Source: Eledone cirrhosa
Lineage: Eukaryota
Reading direction: 5' to 3'
Assembly: GCA_964016885.1 (NCBI GenBank)
Contig: OZ024743.1
Coordinates: 64,666,001 to 64,730,000 of the forward strand
Length of the DNA: 64,000 bases
Below the pieces are notes generated by a model. The model saw only the letters and a program-made list of their open reading frames with translations. It made no database searches and had not been told where the DNA came from. Position 1 is the first letter of the stretch, and each line of letters opens with the position of its first letter. Positions 15,081 to 28,590 of this stretch are shown here, piece after piece. Made by a program: the position numbers and the translations under genes.

Positions 15081-15959
15081 GGCTGTGATAATCTGGGGCC
15101 CCTGCCCTTATTGCCAATTATCTTTTTTGTTCCAGAACCTTTATTGCCAATTATCTTTTTTATATTGTTTTGGAACATCATTGAATTGGGGAAAAGAAAA
15201 AAAAAAAAGTAATAATAATAGTAACAATAATAATAATAATAATAATAATCGCACATGGTGGATATATCGTTATGGAATCGGTCCTGTAAGTTTTTGATTT
15301 TTACATATTTAAAACAACTGTGATAGAATAATTCTTATTACAAATGAAACATAAGATTACAGTTTTTTACTCTCAGCAAGCGACAACGCATCACATTATG
15401 GCATAGGGCCCCAATATTTAATATTTAATGTTGGATCAGAAATGTTATAGTCAAAAAAGAGGAAAATGGCTACGTGGACAGACAGGCAAATAATTTCACC
15501 ACCAACACCACCACCGCCACCATCACCACTACCACACCAAAAAAGTCTAGCCAAGTTACTCCAACTTCTATTTCTACTTCAACTTCAACACCATCACTAC
15601 AGTACTACGATCACATCACCACCACCACCACTGCCTCATTATCGCTACCGCCGCTATTCTCTCCCACTACCTCCTGCTAAGACAGAGGTATCGTAGTATT
15701 CCCACTAAGTGAGGAAGGCATCAAAAGATATAAATAGACTGATTTGATGACCCGGTCAAAAAACAAAAAATCAAAAATCAAAATCAAAACAGCACAGCAG
15801 CAACGAAAAACGTAAAGAAAAGAAAAAAGAAAAGAAAAAAGAAAAGAAAAACAAACAAACAAACAAAAAAACTAAGTCAGACATTCAAACATTACATTAC
15901 AATGAAACTTATGCTTATTTTTTTAGGTTTTTACCTATTTATTTGTTTATTTATTTATG

Positions 15960-18900
15960 TTCGTCTACAGCGTGATAGTGCCACGCTAAAATCACCGGGG
16001 GTGATCAAATCACCGGGGGTGATCAAATCACTGGGGGTGATGAAATCACCGGTGGTTATGTCACCATACATTCACCAATCCTCGATATGAGTGTTTAAAT
16101 GTCGAACCTAAACAGTTCGAATAACGGTGAAGTGGAGACTGGAATGCCATGTGACAGACTCTCACCCAGCAGGTGCTCCCTGGCTCAGCAGCAGGGACCT
16201 AGCTGTCATCCAAATACTGCTGGTGTTAGAGGAAGAAGAAGAAGGAAAGGGACCAGAACCAACTGGACGAAAGAATTGAATAGAACTGTTATGCAATGTT
16301 ACCTGAAGAGTAACCCGAAGGAAAAAGGCTATAGGAAACGGATGCATAGCATCTGGAACGAGATTGGTCTATTTAAATAGATGAACAAAAATTGGCCGGG
16401 CAGGCTCGGGTAATAAGAACTAATGGGTGGATAAGCGAGCTAGAACTGGAGGAACTCGGCAGAGAGATTAGATTGGAAATGGAGAGTGGAGTATGCCAGG
16501 CAAACGAACCAGTGGGAGATGAAGGTGAAGAGGTTGAGAGACCGGAGGAAGCATCCGAAGCAGACAATGATCTGAATGCTGAAATAAATAATACCTGGAA
16601 CAAAGATACGACCATTGAGGAAATAAATGCTGACGGGCTAGGACAAGATTTGGTTGATATCCTAAACTTAGTGGTAGATGAAATGAACAATGATAGTGGG
16701 AAACCTATGAACCTAAGATTTGTAGACAGGAAAACGTTAAAAGAAACAACAGCTAAGGTAAACAAAGTCATCCCATACCTTGAGGCGAGGAACCTTCACC
16801 AGTGCAACAATATCCTCAAAGCAACAGCAAATGCGGTGAGGAAATTACTTGGCATAAAAGCGAGAGGAAACAACAAACAAGAAAGATCAGAACCTTGGTG
16901 GAAGAAACGACTGAATGGTCAAATCAGGGAAATGAGAAATGACATTGGAAAGCTTGAGTCCCTACTGAATGGGACACTACAAAACATAGACACTAAAAAT
17001 AGACTGGAAATAAAGTACAAAACTAGGAGGAAAAAGCTAAATATTATCATAGGGGAACTGAAGCAACGCATTGTAGCAAAGAGCGCAAAGATTAGGCGAT
17101 ACGAGAGCAGAGTCAGTCAGTATAGACAGAACCGCATGTTTGACAACAACCAGAAGATGTTGTTTGGACAGCTTGAAGGGAAAGAAAGAGGCAACGACTT
17201 GATCCTGAGGCGGAACAAACTAAGACATTCTGGAGAGGAGTATGGGAGAAGGATGTTGAACATAATGATCAGGCAGTGTGGATTGAGACAGTACAAAAGG
17301 AGATTAGTGAACAGGCACACCAACAAACTGATTTGAGTATCACAGTTGAAACTCTTAAGGGGCAGGCCAGAAAACTAACCAACTGGAAATGTATTGGATT
17401 AAAAATATAACATCCCTCCACCCGAAACTGACAACCATGTTCAATGACTGCTTGATGTCAGGTGAGGTACCAGAGTGGTTGACAAAAGGTACCACAGTTC
17501 TGGTAATGAAAGACCGAACCAAGGGTAATGATGTTACCAACTATAGACCTATCACATGTCTGTCCGTAATGTGGAAACTGTTAACAAGCATTGTGTCTGA
17601 GGAAATCTACCATCACCTCCACACAAACAACTTGTTACCGGACGAACAGAAAGGATGCCGAAAGAAGTCCCGTGGTACAAAGGACCAGTTACTTATTGAT
17701 AAGATGGTAATGAGGAATTGCAGGAGAAGACACACTGGTCTTGCCATGGGATGGATAGACTACAAAAAGGCATTCGACATGGTACCTCATTCTTGGATAA
17801 CCAAAAGCCTAGAGATCTTCGGGGTGGCAGATAACATCAGACAATTATTGAGCAAAAGTATGACATCCTGGAAAACAGAGTTAACATTGAGCGGAGAATC
17901 CTTGGGAGGCGTGAGGATCAAGAGAGATATCTTCCAGGGAGATAATTTGTCCCCTCTGTTGTTTGTCCTTGCCCTGATCCCCCTGACCATTAAACTGCGA
18001 AAAGTGAGAGCAGGATACAAGTTGGGAAAGGGAGAGCTTACCATCAATCACCTCCTCTTCATGGACGATCTTAAGCTCTTCGGGAAGAGTGAGAAGGAGT
18101 TGGATGTGCTTGTTGACACTGTCCGTATTCTCAGCAATGATATATGTATGCAATTTGGTATTAGCAAGTGTGGAGTCCTTGTGATGAAGAGGGGGTAAAT
18201 TGAGCAGAAGCAACGGAATCCAGGTATCAATAGGTGAGATGATACAGGAAATTGATACTGAAGAGGGATACAAATATTTAGGTGTTCTGGAGGCTGATGA
18301 CATCAAGAACAAATAAATGAAGGAATTGATAAGATCTGAATACATTCGGAGAATAAGGAGCGTATTAAAGTCACATCTGAACAGTAGGAATGCCATAAGT
18401 GCAGTAAATTCCCGAGCTGTGTCTATTATTAGGTACAGTGCGGGAATTCAGAGATCGAATGTTGCTGAACAAAAAGAAATGGATAGGAAGACTAGGAAGC
18501 TATTGACTATCTACATGTTCCACAAAAGGAGTGATATCGATAGACTCTACTTAAGGAGATCTGAAGGTGGAAGAGGTCTTATCAGCATAGAGGACTGTGT
18601 TCAGATGGAGAAAAACAACCTACACAAATACGTGACTGATAGTAGGGAGCCAATGCTCAGAATGGTACTGAAAGAGAGGACAATAGACCAGGGGATGTCC
18701 AAGGAGAAAGAGCAACCTTCATGAAAAATCCCTTCATAGTGCCTTCTTTAAGAAAACTGAATTTAGAGATCCACAGACATGGAACTGGTTGAGAAGAGGA
18801 GACCTTAAAAAGGCTACAGAAGGAATGCTAATGGCTGCGCAAGAGCAGGCCCTCAAAACGAAGTGGCTGAAACACCATATTTACAAGGAGGAGGCTAGCC

Positions 18901-19105
18901 CACTATCTAGGATCTGTGGAGAGAGAGAGGAGACTGTGGCTCACATTGTATCCGAGTGTAAACACCTAGCCCAGACTCACTATAAAGGCTGGAGACATGA
19001 TGTGATGGGCAGGGTGATCCACTGGCACCTATGCAAAATAAACAATTTACCACATTTCAACAAACTTTCCAGATAAATAACATCAATGACTGAGACTCAA
19101 AGAAC
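15960..19105 (+). mobile_element. R4/Dong-like non-LTR retrotransposon, degenerate, RLE domain deleted, (TAA)n tail
   Basis: N-term WTKELN..CY..GYRKRMHSIW..QARVI; RT NYRPITCL..EQKGC..WIDYKKAFD..FQGDNLSP..HLLFMDDLK; GGRGL..AAQEQAL..ETVAHIVSEC..RHD. Confidence 0.9.
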
Positions 19106-19416
19106 AATAATAATAATAATGATGATGATGATAATAATAATAATAATAATCATCATCATCATTATTATTATTATGTTTTCTTTATTAACCACAAGGGTTC
19201 ACATGAAGTAGACATTAAGGACAGTACAGGACAATACAGGACGGTACAAATGGGCATTTCTGCGTGTAAAAAAACAGAGGTTGAAATAAAATAACAAAGA
19301 AAAATTCCCCAATAGGGGGAGACTTCCAAGGGACATTTGTGGAGAAAGCCCATTAAAAGACCACAGTGGCCCTGACCACCAGGGCAAGTGCCCTCTCCCA
19401 GTTTTCCACCTTTAAT

Positions 19417-22400
19417 TTACAGACACATACTCAGAGAAGGCCCATTCATTCGGGCCATACTTGCTTCTCTCACCCATCTTTCAACAAAATGCTGGGAAGA
19501 GAGCACTTCCCTCTCTACCCTGATTTTCCTTTTCAAATGAAATTTGAAAAAGTTAATCAGGGCATCACCGAAGAGGTAAGTGCTCGTCTTCAGCCCTTTC
19601 AAACGTGTCCACCATACTATCTCTTTCGCCATGGCCACCAGACAGATAAAAACTGCCTGCCCTTCCCGGCTAAAGGAAGAGGGCGGGGCAATCCTCACGA
19701 TGGACTCAGCTGATAGATGGATCCGTCCTACACGTGACAGCAGGTGTTCGACATAAACCCACAAGTCAGCAATGCTCGGACACTGGACGAATGCGTGCAG
19801 GACGGTTTCGTCGCCCTGTGCGCATCTCGGACATGCCCGGCTGACGGCACCTCCATGCCTGTAAAGTTTATCCCGAACTGGCAAAGCACCCCGGTAGCAC
19901 TGCCAGGCCAGGGATTTCTGGGAGTTGTCCATAGGCCCCGGCCCGAAAGTCCTTCCGAAGAGATTGGCTAGTTGATTTTCGTCGACGCCTAGAGTTTCTC
20001 CAAGTACGTCGTCGCTCTTCCCTTCCACTAATCCCCTATAGAACGCCAAGGTGGAGTTTCCACCGATCACATTGCCCGATTGGTAGTGGGCTGTGAGCGC
20101 CTGAAGACATTCCAGTCTCCAAGCGCTCCCTCTCGGTCTTCGATTGACCCAGGACTGCAGCTCCGTCAAGGAGACGAGCTGGGGAAAAACGTGTCTAGCA
20201 AACGGCGACCACACCTGATCACCGTCGAGGAAGAGGTGGAGATGTCGTAGCCTGAGCGCGTGTCTGCGCATCATCAGCCACGGCATGCCCAGCCCTCCAC
20301 GCAGCGGGTGTTGACAGCAGATGGACCGCCTGACCATCGGAGCGCGTCCCTTCCACAAGAAGCGAAAGAGCAAACGCTCCAGCGCAGTCAGGCGGGGCTT
20401 AGGACAAGGTACGACGGTCAGGCGGTAGTAGATGACGGATGCGATGTACGCATTCGCCACCTCCGCTCGACCTTTCAGGGATAGCTTCCTCTCGGCCCAT
20501 TTCTGGGTGAGAGAAGCCACCCTGCTCGTCACCTCGTCCCAGTTTTTGTCCGTCTGGAGGTCTGGACCGAACCAGACCCCTAGCAATTTAACCGGTCCGT
20601 CCGTCCAGCGCCCGACGACGCTGTTGGACGGCATGGACCTGCCTCTCCAGGTGCCGAGCTGCAGGCCCACTGACTTTTCTTGGTTGATCATTGCTCCTGT
20701 CACCGCTTCGTATTCTCTTAGTGTAGTGCCGATCGCCTCGATGTGTTTGGCGTTCGACACCACTACGGTGACATCGTCGGCATATGCTGACACGGATCTT
20801 CCGCATCCTAGTTCGCGCGGGACCCCCCTCAACGTCTCCAGTTTGTGCAGTAATGGCTCGAGAGTCAATACGTACAATAGGGACGAGAGGGGACATCCTT
20901 GGCGGACCGAGCGCATGATGTTGAACGGTTCCGAAAGGTGACCGTTCACTCTCACTACAGAGCAGATGTCGCTGTGCATGGCAGCGATCCAGCCTCTGAA
21001 GACGGGCCCAAAGCCAGCCGCCCTCAGGACTGCCGCTAGGTAACGATGGTCGACTCTATCGAAGGCTTTCGACTGATCTAAATTGATCAAAGACCCACCC
21101 GTGCCAGGTTCCCTAGCTACCCTCTCTACGATGTATCGCATGAGGTGGAGGTTGTCGTGGATGGATCTGTCGGGAATGGCGCATGTCTGTGCCTCTCCCA
21201 CCAGACCACCAACGACAAGCGCCAACCTCTTTGCTAGCACCTTGGCCAAAATCTTGAACTCTGTGTTTAGCAGAGTTATGGGCCTAAAATGATCTATGTT
21301 ATCCCCCTTGTTCGGATCCTTTCTCAGCAGCGCCACCGCTCCTCGGCTCACAGAGCTGGGAATTCTCCCGTTCTGTTGCCAGTTGCAGTAGACGTCCGCC
21401 AAGAGGCCTCCGAACAAGTCTGGCATTTGTACGTAAAGTTCATAGTGTAGACCATCCAAACCAGGCGATTTACCCCTTGTGCAACTAGTCATTGCATCCC
21501 GTACTTCAGCGGTTGTTATCGGCTTTTCGCAACACTCCGCCTCAGTGGCCGAAAGCCGCGGCAGTCCGTCGAGGTAGACACTAAAGTCCATCCCTCGATC
21601 CGGCCCGCCACTGCCCCCGAACAGTTGAGCGAAGTGTCAATGAAAAGCTTCACACATTTTCCCGGGATCGAGTAGCATGCGCCCGTCGTGGTCCACCAAA
21701 GACCGGATCGTGGCTTTGTTGCCACGACGCGCCTCCGCCACTCGGGCCCATTGAACGGCTTTCGTCCCCTCGTGTCTGAGAGCACGCACCCTAGCTCTGA
21801 CAACGCAGCCTTCGTGCTTTGCATTGAAGAATTGGTCAAGGGCCAATTTCGCCGCAAGTACGTCGGTCGCGATGCCTTTGCTAAGTGCCTCATCTAATTT
21901 TCTAACTAATTCTCCCTCTGCTCTATTTTTCTCTATTGCTAAAGTCTTACTAAACCTAATGGACTCTATTCTAATTGCTCTTTTCAGAGCAAACCACCAC
22001 TTGTTGTTGACGATGGCCCCCGTCAACGCCCGCTTAACTAGTTCGCTAATCCGGTCTCTGTAGGCCTTGCGCGCTGGTAAGGACGCGTTTAGCTTCCAGT
22101 AGCCGGGTCCTCGTCTATGAAGCCTATCTAAGTCAAGCACACAGATCACGAATTTGTGGTCCGTGTAGCTGACTATCTTGAATTGTGGACAGCCTATGCT
22201 AGACCTATCTATTTCCCTACAAAATACTCTATCTAGATATGATCCTGATGACCCTATGCGATTTGTCCAAGTCCACATTGGTACATTCGGGAAATCCATT
22301 CGGTACCTGTCAGACAGTTCAAAACGTCTGAGCAGGTTGGTGAGACTCTTGCACCCTCCTTCCCTATCCACTAATCCCACACAATCCCAGCGTGCATCTA

Positions 22401-22836
22401 AGATCCCGTTCCAGTCGCCCACTAACACTAAAGAGCGGGACGTTCCAAGAAAGGTCTCCAGACGCCGGAAGAAATCAGGCCGCCCTGCTCCTGTCGGGGC
22501 ATAGACGGCCACTAACCTGAAAGCTTGCCCGTTTCCGCTGGTCACGTCCAGCACCACCAACTTACCTTCTGGGTCCAGGAAGATGGCCCGTATGGCAAGA
22601 TTCAAACCTCTCCGAAAAAGCACAGCAACTCCTCCCCCCGATCCCGGACGGCTGGGAGATGCGTACACATCGTAGCCGCCGAAGATCGGTGCGAAGGCCC
22701 GTGCTTCGGAGATTCTGGTCTTGCTGATGGCCACTACATCTATGTTTAGTGACCTGAGGTCGTTGAGCAGGTGGCCCTGCTTCCATGACGACCCCAAGCC
22801 ACGCGCATTTATGCTGCCTATTCTGAGTGAGGTCAT
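19417..22836 (-). pseudogene. Tx1 ORF2 (APE endonuclease + RT + C-terminal zinc motif), one in-frame TGA at 21637-21639
   Basis: The 399-aa and 724-aa ORFs share a frame; SINARGL, VYAP, GDWN, YLDR, TDH, YWKLN; FRPITLLN, DQSKAFDRVDH, SVRQGCPLS, YADD; CPRC..ETVLHAFVQC. Confidence 0.9.
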
Positions 22837-22870
22837 GTTGAAAAGGAGTGGAAAAGATGGGAAAGACCAC

Positions 22871-24851
22871 TTACCTTACTTCTCGTAGGGGAAGGACGGT
22901 TTTTCCATCCTTTTCACTGCTTGTGGCCTCCTCAGGAAGGATGTCCTTATAAATCCTCCTGGAGAGTGCTTGTCGGAAGTCTCCGATGTCTTTGGGGAAT
23001 TTTTGTTTTAGTGTCATGAATGTTTTCTGTGTGATGCGAGTGATTTGTATGTGTGGAGGTGGTGTGAATTTTGGGGTTGTTGTGTAGTCTTTTTCTGTGA
23101 TGCTGGTGTTGTGTTGGATGTAGTGTAATAATTGCTTGTTGTTCAAATTTAATTCTGTGTAGTGTGTATCGTTTTGGTTGTTTTGTTTGCGTTTGTTGTG
23201 GGTTTGTTTCTGTTTCGCATTTTGGTGACTTTTGTGGTGTAGGTGATGGTGGTGTTGGGGTTAATGATGGTGATGGTGTTGTTGTTTGGGTTGATGGGGT
23301 TGGTGATGCTGGTGTGGATGGTGGCATATCTGTCCTAACTTTTTTGTTTCTTAATTTATTTGTTTCCCTCTGTGTTTTGTTTTTGGAGGGGGAAGGAAGA
23401 GAATTTTTTTCTTTTTTGGTTTCTTTTTTTTTTTCCGGATATCGTTTCCCACTCCTCGTCGTCACAATCTGTCTCGATTTGTGATAGGCCGGGGAGTGAA
23501 AAATCCTCCACAGCCGTTAGTTTTGGTTGTGGTGTGGTGGATGGTGTAGGCGCTGGTGCTAGTTCTGAAGCGTTGGGTGGTGGTGGTGTTGGTTTTGCTG
23601 GTGGTGGTAGTGGTGTTGGTTTTGCTACTGTTGCTGGGGTTGTTGCTGTTATAGTTGCTTCTGTTGTTGCTGCTACAGTTGTTGCTGCCATCTCTGCTAC
23701 TGGTGGTGTTGATGGTTGTGTCACTGGGGTGGGTAGGAGAGGTGGCCTCAACCTTTTAGCCTGAGGGCAGAAAGCCCTTAGGTGGGTTCCTTCACCACAA
23801 ACGACACACCTAGGTCTTCTGCCCTCGACAATTACCGTGAGGTGGCTGCCGTCAGTGAGGTCTATTACCTCTGGGATCTCCTCAATGCTTTTTTGGTCCG
23901 CTTGGATTAGGAGCTCCATCCCAGATCCGGACCAGTTTTCCTGCTTTTCTTTTGCTATTGCTATTATATTCGTGTTGGCTTCGATGCCGGCGAGGACAGC
24001 CGCTATTAGCCAGGGAATTTCGATGGCCGGTGGAACGTGGGTCACCCTGATCTTTACGAGTCTCTGGCCACAATAGCTTGGGACGAGTGTGAAGTCGTCA
24101 CTTTTTAATGGGGCCATGGAGTGTTCTCTAGCCTCCTCTGGTGTTTCAAAGAACACATCCACGGTTCCATACTTTTGCCCACGTTTGATGTGGGTTTTTC
24201 TTGCCCACACATGTCCCAAAGCTTTTTGGATTTGGGACTCAGATGCCCGTTCCACTCGACGCGATTTTACATTTATTGTTCTATACGACACGGTGCATAG
24301 GCGCCGATGCTCCATTTTATTAGGTGGGGGCGTGAGGCTGACCCTGTACCCATCTTTCTTTACCATTTGTTTGGTATTTTCTAAATCCTCTTGAGATACC
24401 GTGAATGCTTCGAATTGTTTTGCCACTATGGCGAAACTGAGGGTCGGTTTTATAATGTCATTGTTGTTGTTGTTGCTATCGTTAATATTAATTTTAGTTT
24501 CAGTTGTGGTGGTGGTGACGTCAGTCGTCTTTGGTGCGGAAGAGTCCATTTTGCTTAATTTCATTTCGACATCACGAGTTAATTTATTTTTTTCTTCTTT
24601 TGTTTCTGTTGTCGCGGTGGTGGTTGTGGTGGTGGTGGTTGTCGCGGTGGTGGTGGTGGAGGCTTTAACACCTGCAGTCATTGGTAATGGCGGGAAATGA
24701 ATGTCTGCCTGAGACAAATTTAAAATATTGCTACTGCTTATATTTTTTTTGTGTTGGCAAACGTAGTAACATTTACAATGGTGGTGTCGGTGTGAGGTGT
24801 TATTTTGTGAGGAAGGCTTTCAGCTGCTTCGTGCAGAGGTGAATTAGCCAT
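22871..24851 (-). pseudogene. Tx1 ORF1 (gag-like, CCHC zinc knuckle) with frameshifts at A/T homopolymers
   Basis: CVVCGEGTHLRAFC in the 453-aa ORF; probable true start ATGGCTAAT at 24851; C-terminus continues in shifted frames to 22871. Confidence 0.7.
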
Positions 24852-25059
24852 TTTTTTTCAAAGAAATTTTTTGATAATAATAAAAGTTAAAATTTTGGGC
24901 ACAAGGCCCCAATCTTTTTGGGTGTCCTTTTCGGAAAACAATGTATGTGTGCTTATAAACAGTTAACAATAAAATTTTCCATAAATGGCAATTTTTAACA
25001 AACGGAAATAACAAACCTTTGCGGAGCTCACGATGATACGATTTACTACGTAGGTCGCC

Positions 25060-25096
<37 letters not shown>

Positions 25097-25099
<3 letters not shown>

Positions 25100-25452
25100 T
25101 GCCTGATTGTGGATGTGGCCTGCCCGTTCGACACGAGAGTGCAAGAGAAGGAGAGGGAGAAAATTAACCGATACCAGGACCTAAAGTGGGAGGTGAAAAG
25201 GATTTGGAACTGCCGTGAAGTCAAAGTGATCCCGATTGTCATAGGCGCACTGGGGACTATCTCCAAAAGTTTCCAGGGATGGTTAAAGAAAATCGGCCCC
25301 TTCACGCTTTTTGGAACGCTTCAAAAGGCATGCTTGCTTGGAACAGCAAGAACCCTCCGATACGTCCTGAATATCTGAGGCTGCAGGTAGTGGCTTGATA
25401 TTCAATCCAACGGACTTTCCAGTTAACCAACATCAATGACTGAGATTCAAGG
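25097..25452 (+). mobile_element. 3' fragment of Dong-like element (RLE C-terminus plus 3' UTR) between (TAA)n tracts
   Basis: DVACPFD..EKINRYQDLKWE..IPIVIGALG..LQKACLLGTA; 3' UTR matches 19065-19105. Confidence 0.85.
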
Positions 25453-25464
25453 AATAACAATAAC

Positions 25465-25517
<53 letters not shown>

Positions 25518-25520
<3 letters not shown>

Positions 25521-27130
25521 TGATGAACAATTGCAAGGGCTATTATCCACTGTGGAGCAGTTCAGTGATGACATTAAAATGGAGTTTGGACTAGATAAAT
25601 GTGCCAAAGCAACGTTCACCAGAGGAAAGCTGCTGAAGAGTTCAGACATTAAGCTTGATCGGGGGTACGTGATAAGAGAACATGATCAAGAAAAAACTTA
25701 CAAATATCTAGGTGTTTGTGAAGGAGTCGGAATCAAGCACTCGACAATGAGGGAGAGGATAAGGAAGGAATGTTACCGCAGAGTAAGAGCAATCTTAAGA
25801 ACGGAATTGAATGCAAGGAATAGGATCGATGCCATAATCACGCTTGCCATACCAGTAGTAACCTACAGTTACAATGTCATCAACTGGTCAACCACAGAGA
25901 TCCGTAGGCTCGATACAAAAATTCGAAAATTCTTAACCATGCACAGAATGCATCACCCTAAGGCAGATACAGATAGAATATATCTCCCTAGGAAAGAAGG
26001 AGGACGTGGGTTAATCCAGTTAGACATTGCGTTGAAAACTGCAACAATTGGATTATCTACATATCTAAGGGAATCACATGATTGGATGATCAAACTCGTT
26101 TTGAAACACGAAAGCATCAAAAGATCATATTCCATTACAAAAGATGCACAAAGATACAGTAATGGACTACAAATTTCAGAAGTCCCATTTACTGCTGAAA
26201 TGGAAAACACAGAAAAAGCAAAGCAGGTAAAAGTAACTGCAAAGAAAGAACTGCTACAGAAACTGGCTAAGAAATGGCAAGAAAAGCCTCTGTATGGAAA
26301 ATACCCAGAGCGAGCTAACAATCCTGATGTTGACAAAACTTTAACCCATCAGTGGTTGGCATCCTCTGAACTGAAATCGGAGACTGAAGGACTGATTATA
26401 TCGGCACAAGATCAGTGTCTGCCAACAAAAAATTACCAAGCCAACATAATAAAAAATGGGTGCAGCCCATTATGCCGTGTATGCAAAAAACAACCAGAGA
26501 GCATTGACCATATAATTTCAATGTGCAGTCCTATAGCTCCAACCGAATACCTAAACAGGCATGACAGAGCTGCACAATACATACATTGGATAATGTGTAA
26601 GCATTTTGACCTGCCCCATCTCAATCTTGTGGAACTTTAGCATCCAAACAGACCGAAAAATAGATGCAAATAGACCTGATATAATATTGAAGGACTTTAA
26701 AAAGAGGGTAAGCCTGCTAATTGATATGTCCGTTCCAATAGACAAGAATGTATCTATAAAAACATTTGAAAAATTGAGCAAGTATAAGGACCTGGAGATA
26801 GAAATTGGAACAATGTGGAAGTTGAGAACTAAAACAATACCAGTGGTTGTAGGCGCTCTGGGAATGATACCTAAGGGGTCTAATGATTACTTATCGCAAA
26901 TCCCAGGAAACCCGCGTATAGGAGAAATACAAAAGATAGTACTAATGGGAACTGCCCATATACTAAGGAAGATTCTGTCAATATAAGTACATCACAAGTC
27001 TAAACACTAAAGATGCATGTGTGAGTATGTATGTTCTTTCTTGAACATGGCGGACCTTGTTGTCTCTTGAGGTCACTGGTTGTGACTTGGTGATAACTCG
27101 TATGAACATAAAGCAAGATAAATGCAACTG
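25518..27130 (+). mobile_element. 5'-truncated R4/Dong-like element (RT end, CCHC, RLE), (TAA)n tail
   Basis: FGLDKCA..YKYLG..GGRGL..SAQDQCL..CRVC..ESIDHIISMC..RHD; NRPDII..IDMSVP..KLSKYKDLEIE..PVVVGALG. Confidence 0.9.
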
Positions 27131-27154
27131 TAATAATAATAATAATAATAATAA

Positions 27155-27250
27155 TGATTTCATTTATTAGCCACAAGGGCCGACATGTAGAGGACAATAC
27201 AAAGACAGGGACAGTGGGGGTTTACAATAAGGTCGAGTAAAAGTGCACAA
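27155..27250 (-). mobile_element. Short 3' end of a Tx1-family element in (TAA)n
   Basis: TTTATTAGCCACAAGGG..ACATG resembles Tx1 3' end at 19180-19230. Confidence 0.55.
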
Positions 27251-27369
27251 TGGCAAGACTAAATAATACACTATTAATAATTATTAATTAATGCAATCGT
27301 GCAATGCCTGTGCGTCACAAATATTTTTAAAAGTGAGGAAAGACTGTGCACTGAGCCAATCCCACTCTC

Positions 27370-27540
27370 TCGGAAAAACATTTTTCCGCCCTGCCCGTCT
27401 CTTCAATCTTTCTAATTTCTCATTCTTTCTTCTGATGAAGGACTAGCGTCCGAATCGTTAAGACTCACTTCCTGCTATTTCAAACGTTAAATTAATATAT
27501 TCCTTCCATATACTGTACCGATTGTGTCTGTTTACATTTT
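27370..27540 (+). mobile_element. Second copy of HHR-bearing terminal fragment (motif 27428-27464)
   Basis: Near identical to 11610-11790. Confidence 0.6.
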
Positions 27541-27671
27541 ACATACATGCATACATACATACATACATACATACATACATACATACATACATACATACAT
27601 ACATACATACATACATACATACGTACATGCAAACATACATACATACATACATACATACATACATACATACA

Positions 27672-27704
<33 letters not shown>

Positions 27705-28424
27705 CATCATTGAGTGCTTTGTGTCAGCCCTGGAAGATTGATTTTGAAAAATGCTAATCGCAGCTTCAACTTCAATTTTATTCACTATTATTATTTTCTC
27801 CTAGCCTTTATAATTAATTAATTAATTGATTAATTGATTGTTTATTTATTTATTGTCTGATAACCTAGTTGAGAGCTTATTTTAGAGGCTGTGAATAAAT
27901 CCCTTTGTTCACACTTTTGAATTTGCCCGCCAAAGCCCGGATGTGAATCTTCCTCTTTTCTCGAGAAAGAACACATGACCCCGCTTCCAAAGTTAATGCT
28001 ACACTCCTTGACAGTGGAGCTACTAAGCTGCGCTGGTGGATAACGGAACAAAACACCTGTTGAGAAAGGGATATCCTCGTTCCATCTTAGGATACATTAC
28101 TGACTTGCATGTTACGCAACTTGGAGTGTAGCTCTCGAATTCGCAGAAACCAATCGAAGATATTTATATATCTGTCGATCAGGTCCAGGTTCGTCTTTAA
28201 CCTGTTTGTATTTTTTTTGTTGTAGTGGCTTTTGTGGTAACATGTCTCCGGCCGCAATTTTCACTGTGCCACACCCCTAACGTATTGTTATTACACTGAG
28301 CTATAATTTTTCGATTTATCGCTATCACCTCATTGAGTGCTTTGTGCCTCCTCATAAGATTGATTTCGAAAAATGCTAATCGCAGCTACAACTTCGATTT
28401 TACTCACTATTATTATTATTATCA

Positions 28425-28590
28425 ATGGTCGGACACCATGCTTTGCAGCAAAGAGTTACCGCCTTTTATGGTCTGAGTTCAAATCCCGCCGAGGTTAACT
28501 TTGCCTTTCATCCTTACGGAGACGATAAAATAAAGTACCAGTAATACACTGGGATAATTGCTGGCCTTGTGCCAAAAGTAGAAATAATAA
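28425..28590 (+). mobile_element. SINE family A
   Basis: GAGTTCAAATCCCGCCGAGGTTAACTTTGCCTTTCATCC..GTAGAAA. Confidence 0.85.

Larger units (their letters stand above)
19173..25060 (-). mobile_element. Apparently full-length Tx1-clade LINE flanked by (AAT)n on both sides
   Basis: ORF1 with CCHC knuckle, ORF2 APE-RT-cysteine motif, 3' AATAAA before (TAA)n; 5' end abuts (ATT)n at 25061. Confidence 0.9.

Noticed and set aside
21637-21639. Selenocysteine or programmed readthrough in Tx1 ORF2
   Set aside because: Single TGA in a linker position, simplest as CGA-to-TGA decay; no SECIS identified
24840-25060. HDV-like ribozyme or LTR primer-binding site at the Tx1 5' end (TGGCGACC..GGCTAATTCAC)
   Set aside because: Could not build P1/P1.1/P3; GGCTAAT is the likely ORF1 start ATGGCTAAT; no LTRs present
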